A stretch of 64,000 bases of DNA from Candidatus Poseidoniaceae archaeon. Its GTDB lineage: Archaea > Thermoplasmatota > Poseidoniia > Poseidoniales > Poseidoniaceae. The stretch is taken from NCBI GenBank assembly GCA_049623485.1, contig JBMZTB010000001.1:5387-69386 (forward strand). The letters run 5' to 3'. Shown here piece by piece: positions 9,523-18,925 of this stretch. Both the position numbers and the translations under genes were made by a program. Position 1 is the stretch's first letter, and each line of letters starts with the position of its first letter. Under the pieces are notes generated by a model. That model searched no databases. It saw only the letters and a list, made by a program, of their open reading frames with translations, and had not been told where the DNA came from.

Positions 9523-11322
9523 ATGCGAAGCGGCTTTCTCCTTGCGGTCCTTCTCTTGCCGAGCCTTCTAACCGGATGCTTTGGTGAAGATTTAGAGAAC
9601 TCCTCAAATCTTGTAGTTGGAGACTCTTATCCCGAGCCGTGGGACAGAAGTGGCCTTACATACGATGATTCCGATGTATTTTCTCGAGTAAGCGTGAACG
9701 GAACCTATCAAATTGGAACCGTTCAATCTGTTTACGTTCCTGTCCCAAGTATTACCCTTGCAGATGGTGGAGCAGGTGCAGCAGGAGGTGCTGAGGTCCA
9801 TCTTGGATTGTGGTTGCCTGTCATCGAAGGTTGTGATTACAGTTCTGTTGAGAATCTTTCAACCGAGTGTCTTGTCCCAGTAATTGCCGAAATTGGCCCG
9901 TACTATGACGACGGGGACGTGGATGCTCTCACACCAGCCGATCGTCTTGGCAGAATGCTCATCGAGAATTATGTTCCTCATGGCTATGGGGTTGCTCAAG
10001 TTTCTGTTTTTGGAACGGGTGAATCAAACCACTGTATGGATCTCATGGGTACGGATGAGCAACGTGGAATTGATGCCGCTGTTACTTGGCTTGGAACCCA
10101 ATCTTGGTCGAATGGAAAGGTTGGAATTATTGGTAAATCATACGATGGTTCAACCCCTTGGCAAGCAGCTACATTTGGAAATCCTCATCTTGCAACAATC
10201 GTTCCAATGTCTGGACTTATCGGTGTTCATGAACTCATGTGGAGAAATGGAAGCATGGAAGCACGTGGTATGATCATGCACAATGGAGTGTACGGTTCCT
10301 TCGGAATTGATGGAGATACAGAGGACAGTCATACTCTCTGTGAAGGATATATCCAAGGGTACGCAAACGGCCCTGCAGCATACCTCAGCGGTGGAATGGT
10401 AAGTTATGCCGGAAACAGTTACTGGACAGAACGCTCATTCCTTGACCGAGTGGTTCAAAATTACAATGGTTCGGTTTACATCATTCAGGGAATGCAGGAT
10501 TGGAATGTTGATCCACACATGACATTCCCTGCTCATCAAATTGTCGAAGACGCTGGAATCGAGGTCAAAACCTTAGCAGGACAATGGGCTCATGATTATC
10601 CAGACAGGGTAGAAGGACATAGCAGTCTCAGTCCTGGTCGCGGCGAAGAAGCATACCCGTATACCTTACGTTGGGATTGGGCTGATGAAATGCTGTATTG
10701 GTTTGATTGGTATTTGAGAGGAGAAGGCCGCGCACCAACACTCGGTGTCGAAATGCAAGACAACCAAGGTGGATGGCGATTCGAAGAAACATATCCTCCA
10801 ATGGATGTTAATCATCTCCAATTGATTGGAAGCGACCTAATGCCATCTGGTTCAACAGTCTCAGCCACGAGTACGGTTACCTTAAGTTACGGACCATTTG
10901 AAGAGGAAACTCGAATTGTTGGAATGCCTACATTCCACATCGATGCAACACCTGGATTGACGGGTGGACATCTTTTCATTGAGATGACCGATGGCACAGG
11001 CATGCACCTTGGTCATGCGGTAATGGATTTGAGATTCCATGCTGGTGGCAGAGATGGCCAAGAAGTCCTCACTCCATTCGTTTCAGTTAACGCGCTTATG
11101 GAATTCCTACCGATGGATGTTATATTGCAGCCAGGAGATGGAATTCTCCTGACTGTTTCTCAAACCGGTGAAGATTACGTCCCTTCACCAATGGCATCAG
11201 GAGGAGTAACAATCGACTGGACTCAGAGCACTTTGACCCTTCCAATTATTGATCGAACCTGTGATGACCTTTTCCAAGCCCCAATGATTGAATACGGTGG
11301 AGAAACGTCTCGTCAGTGTTGA
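9523..11322 (+). CDS. CocE/NonD family (peptidase S15, PepX-like) hydrolase lipoprotein
   Basis: Lipobox [20 protein letters not shown] nucleophile motif; QGMQDWNV Asp; GQWAH His; C-terminal PepX_C-like domain. Confidence 0.88.
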   Translation: MRSGFLLAVLLLPSLLTGCFGEDLENSSNLVVGDSYPEPWDRSGLTYDDSDVFSRVSVNGTYQIGTVQSVYVPVPSITLADGGAGAAGGAEVHLGLWLPVIEGCDYSSVENLSTECLVPVIAEIGPYYDDGDVDALTPADRLGRMLIENYVPHGYGVAQVSVFGTGESNHCMDLMGTDEQRGIDAAVTWLGTQSWSNGKVGIIGKSYDGSTPWQAATFGNPHLATIVPMSGLIGVHELMWRNGSMEARGMIMHNGVYGSFGIDGDTEDSHTLCEGYIQGYANGPAAYLSGGMVSYAGNSYWTERSFLDRVVQNYNGSVYIIQGMQDWNVDPHMTFPAHQIVEDAGIEVKTLAGQWAHDYPDRVEGHSSLSPGRGEEAYPYTLRWDWADEMLYWFDWYLRGEGRAPTLGVEMQDNQGGWRFEETYPPMDVNHLQLIGSDLMPSGSTVSATSTVTLSYGPFEEETRIVGMPTFHIDATPGLTGGHLFIEMTDGTGMHLGHAVMDLRFHAGGRDGQEVLTPFVSVNALMEFLPMDVILQPGDGILLTVSQTGEDYVPSPMASGGVTIDWTQSTLTLPIIDRTCDDLFQAPMIEYGGETSRQC

Positions 11323-13314
11323 TTAGAATAATGACAAGATGTCCGTAAAGACCTCTTTGGCTGAGCCATTTGAGCGTTCAACTAATCGACGCACAATAAG
11401 TTCTGGCGTAGAGCGGGCAAGACAGTTCCTCTTTGGAGTTCGGTCAACAATGAGCTCGAGATGCTCATCCAATCCATTAGCCTCAATTCCGTCTACTCGA
11501 AGGCCCTCGCCTCCATATGCTTCAAGAATAGCCGGGGCTAAGTGGGTGACAAGAACCATTGTTGTCTTGGTTTGTTGCTGGGCAGCACGCAGCATGCCAG
11601 CGATAATCCGAGCACCAGCGCCAGGTTCTGTAATCGCTTCCAACTCATCTGCAAGGATGAGTTTAGGCGTATCATTACATACAACTTGTGCAAGTTCTAC
11701 CAAGGTTGTTTCTAACGCTCCAGCACTTTGAGTTCCTCCTGATTTTGCAAGAACATGGAGAGATTCAATCCGTCCAACAAACGCATTTTTAGCTGGAACA
11801 GGTAATCCCATATGCGCAAGGAGTGTGATGTGTGCAACTAGTTCCAGAAGTGTGGTCTTCCCACCACTATTCGCTCCAGTAAGTAACGCAATCGGTTGAC
11901 GATCTCCATTCGGGGCAACATCGCCAAGGCCATATGAGACGGGTTGAGCGATACCTTCGATGAAGAGATGCCGTCCTTCTTCAAACCAAATACCATGACT
12001 TACAAGTTTTGGTAATTCTGCTTGATGGTGCAATGCCCATCGTGAGATGCTGTACCACATGTCGTGTTCAATGAGCGTGCGTAGAGCAACTTCGCACTTT
12101 GGTTTGAGTGCAGCAAGTTTCCGAGAAGAGCGCACCAGATGTTCACTGCGTGAATCACCGATTCGTCGTTCAAGTTCAGCATCAATTTGGTCAAGAGTAG
12201 GACGCTTTATCTTAACAGGCCAAGACGATGAATACAAGTCATGAGGGCAGTTGATCCCAGTGACCTCTAGATAGTCTGCCATTTCTTTTCTTCCTTCCTG
12301 CAAGGCTTCATCGATGACGTTTTCAGTTGCTTGTGCTAGTTTTCTTTGGAATGTTGCAGCATCAGCCAATGCGGCGAGCATGTCTGAACCCGATAGATCG
12401 AGAGACGCAGTTTCCATACCTTCTGCAATACGCTTATTGAGAGTCTCTTCCAGTTCTTTGGAGGTTTTCCAAAGACCATCACGAACATGTTCCATGCTTT
12501 CGATATCACCCGCATCTCCCAGCATTGAAACTAAAGCAGAAAGTTCATCCAAACCTTCGGTTGATGTGAAAATTTGTTCTAGAACAGGATGAAGAGCACC
12601 TTTCCACTCATGCTTCCATTGAAGAATTTCAATAAGACAAGAGATGGTCTTTTTATTGTTCTTGAACCAATCAATGGTGTATTCAGGAACCATAATTTCT
12701 TTCTCTGCATTTTCAGGAAGAACCAACCACCCAGGAGGTATTTCATCAGGACCATCATTGCCAATCCATGTAACGGTCTTGAAAACAGTGTAATCATTCC
12801 ATTTTTCATTTGGACTTGGTTGCAATACCCGAACAAAGGAAGACCATTCTGGTTGCTCATTCCTTGAAACAATGACTCTCTCATATCGTTGACTAGGTTT
12901 TCTTGGATGACCTAATTGCTTGAACACGTTCTGTAATTGTTCGTAAGCTTGGAAATCAGTTTTAGCAAAATCCATCATCTCCAAACAACGTGTTCGACGC
13001 TGTTCGATCTCATGCATAGGCATCAGCATCTGCATTCTTGAGGATGTAGCGGAAGAAGAAGCAAATGATTGAAGGGATTCTATTAATTGTGAATGCAAGC
13101 GTTGGGATTCCTTGGTGGCAAGGAAAGCTCCATCATGGCCATGAACCTGTCTTGCGAGTTGTAATGCTCGCTTTACAGAGATTCCTTCAACCTCTGCAAT
13201 TCGTGAGATATCACCCGATTGTAAGGTCTGCATGACTTCATCTCGACCACCAAAATGGTCATCCAGTCGTTTCATCAGTCTATCGCCGATACCAGGTAGT
13301 GTTGCAAGCACCAT
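11323..13314 (-). CDS. MutS-related ATPase with N-terminal helix-hairpin-helix (archaeal MutS5-like; no mismatch-binding domain)
   Basis: LPGIG and VEGIS HhH motifs; LLTGANSGGKTTLLE Walker A; LILADELE Walker B; VTHL; ARSTPELI. Confidence 0.85.
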   Translation of the reverse strand: MVLATLPGIGDRLMKRLDDHFGGRDEVMQTLQSGDISRIAEVEGISVKRALQLARQVHGHDGAFLATKESQRLHSQLIESLQSFASSSATSSRMQMLMPMHEIEQRRTRCLEMMDFAKTDFQAYEQLQNVFKQLGHPRKPSQRYERVIVSRNEQPEWSSFVRVLQPSPNEKWNDYTVFKTVTWIGNDGPDEIPPGWLVLPENAEKEIMVPEYTIDWFKNNKKTISCLIEILQWKHEWKGALHPVLEQIFTSTEGLDELSALVSMLGDAGDIESMEHVRDGLWKTSKELEETLNKRIAEGMETASLDLSGSDMLAALADAATFQRKLAQATENVIDEALQEGRKEMADYLEVTGINCPHDLYSSSWPVKIKRPTLDQIDAELERRIGDSRSEHLVRSSRKLAALKPKCEVALRTLIEHDMWYSISRWALHHQAELPKLVSHGIWFEEGRHLFIEGIAQPVSYGLGDVAPNGDRQPIALLTGANSGGKTTLLELVAHITLLAHMGLPVPAKNAFVGRIESLHVLAKSGGTQSAGALETTLVELAQVVCNDTPKLILADELEAITEPGAGARIIAGMLRAAQQQTKTTMVLVTHLAPAILEAYGGEGLRVDGIEANGLDEHLELIVDRTPKRNCLARSTPELIVRRLVERSNGSAKEVFTDILSLF

Positions 13315-13369
13315 GCTACAACATCGGTTGTCAAGGGCTTTTGAGGATAACGCTCAGAAGAGGCTCAAT

Positions 13370-14767
13370 TTATTGTTCTGGGAGGTTAAGTTCAACCGCA
13401 AATAACGGGTCCACATCGGTTGAATCATGGTATGCAACAACGACACCTCCATCCGGAAGAATCGCTAGACTTGCAAAGTCGAAACGAATATCATTTCCTG
13501 CTCCCGATGTTGAATCAAGATCGCCTTGGCCAATGAATGTCAACGTATCTGGAGAAAGGTCTTGGCTATAGCCACGTGTGTGGTAAACGACATCAACATC
13601 AGGTCCTTCTGCTGATTGATATCGAACATTTAGAATAAACAAATCGTGTTTTCCATTTCCTTGGAATTCCCATTCTTCTATTCCTGAGGCAACGGATGAC
13701 AGGTCATAGGTGTAGTTTGTCCACGTCATGGCTCCATCGCGTGAGAGATAATGCGTGAGTGCGTTCCCTGAATTTGCTACACAGTGGATTGAACCAGTCG
13801 TATCTAGATGGCAGTATTCACTGGGGAATTGAACTGCGAGTTCATTCCATGAAAGTGTTGTATCAAGAAAAGCAGCGTTTCCGTTATCAAAATACTGAGG
13901 GAACAACAAACCTCCACTAGGGATTGCAAATGCCCTCATTTCTTTGTGGGGTTTATTCACGTCCCAGTATGGATCAAGTGAATCGTTGGTGAAATCTAGA
14001 TTGATATCGATGGAGGGCTGAGATGAGCCACGTCCAGGAAATTGTATTGGATAATAGTTTAATCCATCAACAGAGATTTGCCCGCCAGCATTTTGGGTTT
14101 GATGCCAGAAGTTAGAGACGACAAGAGATGCCCATTCCCCATTTCCAAATGATGATGAAATTGGTCCGACGACCTCGACTTGCCAACTACGATCATAGAA
14201 TGGTTCAGTGATTCGGTTGTAACACCATCTCCATTCCATTTCAGATTGGTCATACAATATGGCATAGAATTTGTCAAGTTTCAAATCTCCTCCCAAATAT
14301 GGGAACCAAGACATAGAGATGATGTCACCATTTGTCGCTTGCACAATAGAACCTTCACCAAGCCCTTCTTGACCTGGATTTGTAGGTACAAATGTTCGGC
14401 ATTGGAGGTCAGGAGTGACACCTGGCATCCATGTGTCCCATTCATGCCCTCTATCAACAGACCATACCGGGTATTCGCCCCCTATATTGAAAATCGAGCC
14501 ATCCACAGATGTTGCGAGATAATGCTCACAGCAATTTCCTCCTTTTGTTGCATCAAAAACAGCCCATGACATATTCATGGATTGGTTGGTTCGTAAGTCA
14601 ACAGTCATGAACTCCTTCGGTGTCTCATGACCTTGTTCGTCAATTAATGTGTACTCTTCCCAGATTGAAGATTGTTCCACATCTTCGACAACAGATTCTC
14701 CTGAGCCGAAGCACCCAGCTAGAAGCATACTGCATAGAACGAACATAGCCAGAAGTTGCCTTCGCAT
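13370..14767 (-). CDS. lipoprotein with BNR/Asp-box repeats (putative beta-propeller), function unknown
   Basis: Start MRRQLL... with lipobox LAGC; Asp-boxes SVDRGHEW and SRDGAMTW. ORF opens at 14887, but ATG 14767 lies 9 nt after the upstream stop. Confidence 0.7.
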   Translation of the reverse strand: MRRQLLAMFVLCSMLLAGCFGSGESVVEDVEQSSIWEEYTLIDEQGHETPKEFMTVDLRTNQSMNMSWAVFDATKGGNCCEHYLATSVDGSIFNIGGEYPVWSVDRGHEWDTWMPGVTPDLQCRTFVPTNPGQEGLGEGSIVQATNGDIISMSWFPYLGGDLKLDKFYAILYDQSEMEWRWCYNRITEPFYDRSWQVEVVGPISSSFGNGEWASLVVSNFWHQTQNAGGQISVDGLNYYPIQFPGRGSSQPSIDINLDFTNDSLDPYWDVNKPHKEMRAFAIPSGGLLFPQYFDNGNAAFLDTTLSWNELAVQFPSEYCHLDTTGSIHCVANSGNALTHYLSRDGAMTWTNYTYDLSSVASGIEEWEFQGNGKHDLFILNVRYQSAEGPDVDVVYHTRGYSQDLSPDTLTFIGQGDLDSTSGAGNDIRFDFASLAILPDGGVVVAYHDSTDVDPLFAVELNLPEQ

Positions 14768-14775
14768 GATGTAGG

Positions 14776-15543
14776 CTAAGAGGCCTTCATTTTCAAATCC
14801 TCGCAAAGAGCCTTGAACTCTTTCAATCCCTGCAAGGTATGCGTTCCGAACCATGTAAGGGCTTCTCCATCGATGCAAACGTTCCAAATCTTTTGGCCAC
14901 CTTCGGAGACAACTCTTTCCGAAATCGCTTCACCTTCTTCGAGTGCAAAGTTGTGAGGTTCACTTGAGAGAAGCAACCCTTCGATGTTATGTTCGATGAG
15001 GTGATTTGTTGTCACGACGGGGTATCCATTTCCATTTGGTTCGAAATCGGGAACGATGAATCAACATAATTCCAGAATCGCACCAGAGTAGCGTGTTGGT
15101 GAAACACACATGAGTGGTTCGTGCCAGATCATCGCAGCGACCTTTGGCCCTGTGTTTGAAATCGACTGATCTAATTCCCGTTCAATCGATGCAGCGACCT
15201 CCTCACTGGTCTTTTCGCAATTGATTCTTTTCCCAAGAGAACGAATCATATCTGGAACATCTATTGGTGATTTAACTTCAGCAACAAAGCAATCAATGCC
15301 CTTACTGGTGAGCTGATTAAACACTTCAAGTGGATTTTCTTCCTTATCCATAATCACAAGATCTGGGCTGAGTGCCATTATTTTCCCAATATTCGGGGTT
15401 TTGGTTCCACCGATGACAGGTATGTCCGAAACATAATTTTCGGGATAAATACACCATGGTGTTCTTCCAACAAGGTGTTCCTTGGGCAAACCTAAATCTG
15501 CTAAGGTTTTTGTTAAACTTGGAACGAGCGATACAATACGCAT
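14776..15543 (-). pseudogene. helical-backbone metal receptor (BtuF/TroA-like binding protein) interrupted by an in-frame TGA at 15061-15063
   Basis: MRIVSLVPSLT, VGRT.WC, IGGTKTPN, PDLVIMDKEEN; reading past TGA in the same frame gives FIVPDF...YPVV...LLLSSEPHNF...IDGEALTWFG, the family C-terminus. ORFs 15061..15543 and 14776..15015 share a frame. Confidence 0.78.
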
Positions 15544-15552
15544 TACACAGCC

Positions 15553-18500
15553 TCAATTGGATTGAACTCTGTAGGAAATATGGGCGCCATCGACATCGAA
15601 ATGCTCAGTGCCTTCAGGGGCGTTATCTCCGTGGAATGCAATGCCTGAAGCGCGAGTTTCCTTTGCTATCCATTCCTGATCATCTGCAAACAACTCTGGA
15701 GCATTGACCATCCATACGTCTACGTCGATGGTTGCTTCAATCTCAAGATTTAGATCCTTACGTTTCGATTGAATTCGTCGAGTAATGTCCCTAGCGAGTC
15801 CTTTGGAAAGAAGTTCAGGAGTATCTTGCATATCCAACACGAGGCTGACATGTTGGGCTGATTCGCCTTCCCCTAGGGTCACTGTCGCAGCGGCAAATCC
15901 GTCACGTTCTGTCCGGCGAACTTCGACATCAGATTCTTCGATTGTTACGCCCATAATCACACAAGTTCCAGCTTTAATTTCATTGAGGAGTGCTTCAGGA
16001 TTTTCATGGCCCTTTAATTCATTAGCAATTGCGTTAACATCACCTTTTGCTTTCGGGGCTAAGGCTCTAAAATTCACTGCAAGCGCAATTTGTTGGAACC
16101 TGTCTAGATCTGTTTCAAGCGATATCGTTTCGACATTCAATTCCTCAGAAAGAAGGTCATGATAAGGTTCTAGATTAGGTCCAGCAACGATGAAACCTTC
16201 AGCGCATGGAAGCCGTTGTCTTCTTTGTGCATCAATTCTGATACGTCGGCCAGTCTCCGCAAGTTCGCGAACGAGTTCCATTTCAGCCTCAAGTTGAGAA
16301 TCTTGTGGCGGGAGGCTCGTCGTTGCTTCACACAAGGATTCATCCCAAGAATCAGCAGTTGCTCCTTCAAGTGAACCAGGAATTCCAACAGGCCAATCTG
16401 CAAGATGTACAGATGTACCCGTGAGATTGCGATGAATTGTATCGACCATGAATGGACTGACAGGGGCAATGAGTTGACTAAGCGTTACAAGAACTTCATG
16501 CAATGTATGTTGACATGCCAATTTGTCGTTTGATTCTGCTTCATCCCACAGGCGTCGTCGGCTACGACGGACATACCAATTGGATAAATCGTTGACAATG
16601 AAATCCTCAAGATCACGGCATGCTTTATGGAAATTCCAACTTTTGAATCCTTCATGATACGCTCGTGCAGTGGTGTGGAGTTTTGATAGAATCCAGCGAT
16701 CAAGCCTTGAACGTTCTTCAACGGGAAGCGGTTGTGCCTCTGGGTCAAACCCATCCAAAGCAGCATAGTCTGCATGGAAGCGATAGACATTCCATAGAGT
16801 CAGGAACATCTTTGCATATGTTTCTCGGACACCATTTGAATCGAACTTCAAAGGATTCCATGGAGCACCTGCTGTGACCATGTACCACCGAGTTGCATCA
16901 GCACCTTCTCGATTGAAATGATCCCAAGGATCAACAATATTTCCTCGTGATTTGGACATTTTTTTACCTTCAGCATCAAGAATCAAACCAAGGGACAAAC
17001 ACCGTTTGTAGGCAGGTGAATCAAACACAGTTGTTGAAACCGCTAGGAGTGTGTAAAACCATCCTCGTGTTTGATCGACGCCTTCACAGATGTAATCGAC
17101 AGGGAAGGAGGAATCAAATGTATTTTCTTCATTGAATGGATGATGCCATTGAGCGAACGGTGCACAACCTGAATCAAACCAACAATCCATGACAAAAGGC
17201 TCTCTTTTCATCGGCTTGCCGTTATCAGAAACCAATGTGAATGCGTCAACGACAGGTCGGTGCAAATCAACATCATCTGGGCAATCAGGATTCTCAATTC
17301 CTGCCGCTTGGGCTTTTGCGACTTCAGTTTGAAGTTCAGCAATTGAGCCAACGCACTTCATATTTCCATCTTCATCTCTCCAAACAGGTAGGGGAGTGCC
17401 CCAATATCGTTCTCTCGAGATAGCCCAATCCTTGACGTTACGTAGCCATTCTCCAAATCGGCCTTCACCGACCCAATCAGGAGCCCACTCGACACCATCA
17501 TTGAACTCGAGAAGTCGCTCTTTGACTGCTGTCATACGAACAAACCAAGAATCCATGGCGTAGTAGAGGAGAGGGTGATCTGTTCTCCAACAGTGAGGAT
17601 AGTCGTGCAGGTAACTTTTCTCTCTGTACAAGAGGCCTGACGAAACGTGTTGGTTTTGTCCAACGAGAATTTCCATAACAGAATCATCGCAGTCTTTGAC
17701 ATATTTTCCATCGAGTTGTGGATGAATGCCAGGTACGAAATGACCGTCCATTCCAACGGTGTGATAGGCAGGAAGTCCAACTTCCATACCAAGATTGTAA
17801 TCATCTTCACCATACATCACAGCGGTGTGGACAACACCCGTTCCGTCGGTTGTGGTCACCCAGTCCGCTGAAAGTACGGTCCACGCAGTATCCGAATCTC
17901 CTCGTGGCACAGCACCAGGGAAGAGCGGTTCATAGGATCTGCCAACAAGGGCAGAGCCTGGTATTTCTTCGATAATATCGACGTGGTGTCGCAACACCTC
18001 GCCCATGAGGTCCTTGGCAAGAATCAGTTCTTCTCCAACGATTGCACCGCCTCTTCCTTGCCAGCCTTCTGGTTCTTCGCGAACTCTACAACGAGCATAG
18101 GTTACTTCTGGTCCAACAGCTAGGCCAACGTTTCCTGGAAGCGTCCATGGTGTTGTCGTCCATGCAAGGATGGATGCATCATCATCCGTAAGTTTGAATT
18201 TGATGTAAACGGATGGTTCCTCAACTTCTTTGTAGCCAAGAGCAACTTCGTGACTTGAGTAAGATGTCCCTGTTTGAGGGCAATATGGGAGTACCTTGTG
18301 GCCTCTGTACAAGAGATTTTTATCGAACATTTGTTTGAGGGCCCACCAACATGATTCGACATAATTGTTGTCCAACGTGACATATGGATTGTCTAAATCT
18401 ACCCAATATGCCATTCGTTCGGTCATTTCTCTCCAAGCCGTTTCGTAGGTCCAAACGCTTTCTCGACAAGCGTCGTTGAATGCCTGCATACCGAATTCCT

Positions 18501-18828
18501 CAATTGCTTCATTGCTCATGAGATCAAGTCGCTTCTGAACTTCAATTTCAACAGGTAAACCATGCGTATCCCAACCACCTTTGCGTTGTACGAGGAAGCC
18601 TTCCATAGTCTTCCAACGGCATACGAGGTCTTTGTAGGCTCTCGCAACGACGTGATGTATTCCTGGTTTGCCATTCGCAGTCGGCGGACCTTCCAAGAAA
18701 ATGAAAGGAGCGCCATTCTTACTCGAGCCGATTGAGGATTGGAAGGCGTTTTCACTCTTCCATGTGTTCAGTAAAGCGGTTTCAAGCGCTACTGCATCGA
18801 GGTCACCTGCTGCTGACGGTCGAACCAT
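15553..18828 (-). CDS. ileS: isoleucine--tRNA ligase
   Basis: EGPPTANG..GIHH, GWDTHGLPVE, AWTTTPWTLP, DWAISRERYWG, EGVDQTRGWFY, KMSKS. ORF opens at 18897; ATG 18828 likely. Confidence 0.98.
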   Translation of the reverse strand: MVRPSAAGDLDAVALETALLNTWKSENAFQSSIGSSKNGAPFIFLEGPPTANGKPGIHHVVARAYKDLVCRWKTMEGFLVQRKGGWDTHGLPVEIEVQKRLDLMSNEAIEEFGMQAFNDACRESVWTYETAWREMTERMAYWVDLDNPYVTLDNNYVESCWWALKQMFDKNLLYRGHKVLPYCPQTGTSYSSHEVALGYKEVEEPSVYIKFKLTDDDASILAWTTTPWTLPGNVGLAVGPEVTYARCRVREEPEGWQGRGGAIVGEELILAKDLMGEVLRHHVDIIEEIPGSALVGRSYEPLFPGAVPRGDSDTAWTVLSADWVTTTDGTGVVHTAVMYGEDDYNLGMEVGLPAYHTVGMDGHFVPGIHPQLDGKYVKDCDDSVMEILVGQNQHVSSGLLYREKSYLHDYPHCWRTDHPLLYYAMDSWFVRMTAVKERLLEFNDGVEWAPDWVGEGRFGEWLRNVKDWAISRERYWGTPLPVWRDEDGNMKCVGSIAELQTEVAKAQAAGIENPDCPDDVDLHRPVVDAFTLVSDNGKPMKREPFVMDCWFDSGCAPFAQWHHPFNEENTFDSSFPVDYICEGVDQTRGWFYTLLAVSTTVFDSPAYKRCLSLGLILDAEGKKMSKSRGNIVDPWDHFNREGADATRWYMVTAGAPWNPLKFDSNGVRETYAKMFLTLWNVYRFHADYAALDGFDPEAQPLPVEERSRLDRWILSKLHTTARAYHEGFKSWNFHKACRDLEDFIVNDLSNWYVRRSRRRLWDEAESNDKLACQHTLHEVLVTLSQLIAPVSPFMVDTIHRNLTGTSVHLADWPVGIPGSLEGATADSWDESLCEATTSLPPQDSQLEAEMELVRELAETGRRIRIDAQRRQRLPCAEGFIVAGPNLEPYHDLLSEELNVETISLETDLDRFQQIALAVNFRALAPKAKGDVNAIANELKGHENPEALLNEIKAGTCVIMGVTIEESDVEVRRTERDGFAAATVTLGEGESAQHVSLVLDMQDTPELLSKGLARDITRRIQSKRKDLNLEIEATIDVDVWMVNAPELFADDQEWIAKETRASGIAFHGDNAPEGTEHFDVDGAHISYRVQSN

Positions 18829-18925
18829 GACCCTGCGAATCACACTGTTGATTTCAACCTCTCCCTCATTTTTGAGGAAGATTGGGGAGTGACACATTCA
18901 AGACCTTTCAAACTTAGGGAGAATC

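Noticed and set aside
15061..15063. Selenocysteine recoding of the Cys-TGA pair
   Set aside because: The position fits a structural Gly (GGA to TGA is one change), the family is not a redox enzyme, and I saw no SECIS-like element or Sec machinery in the window.
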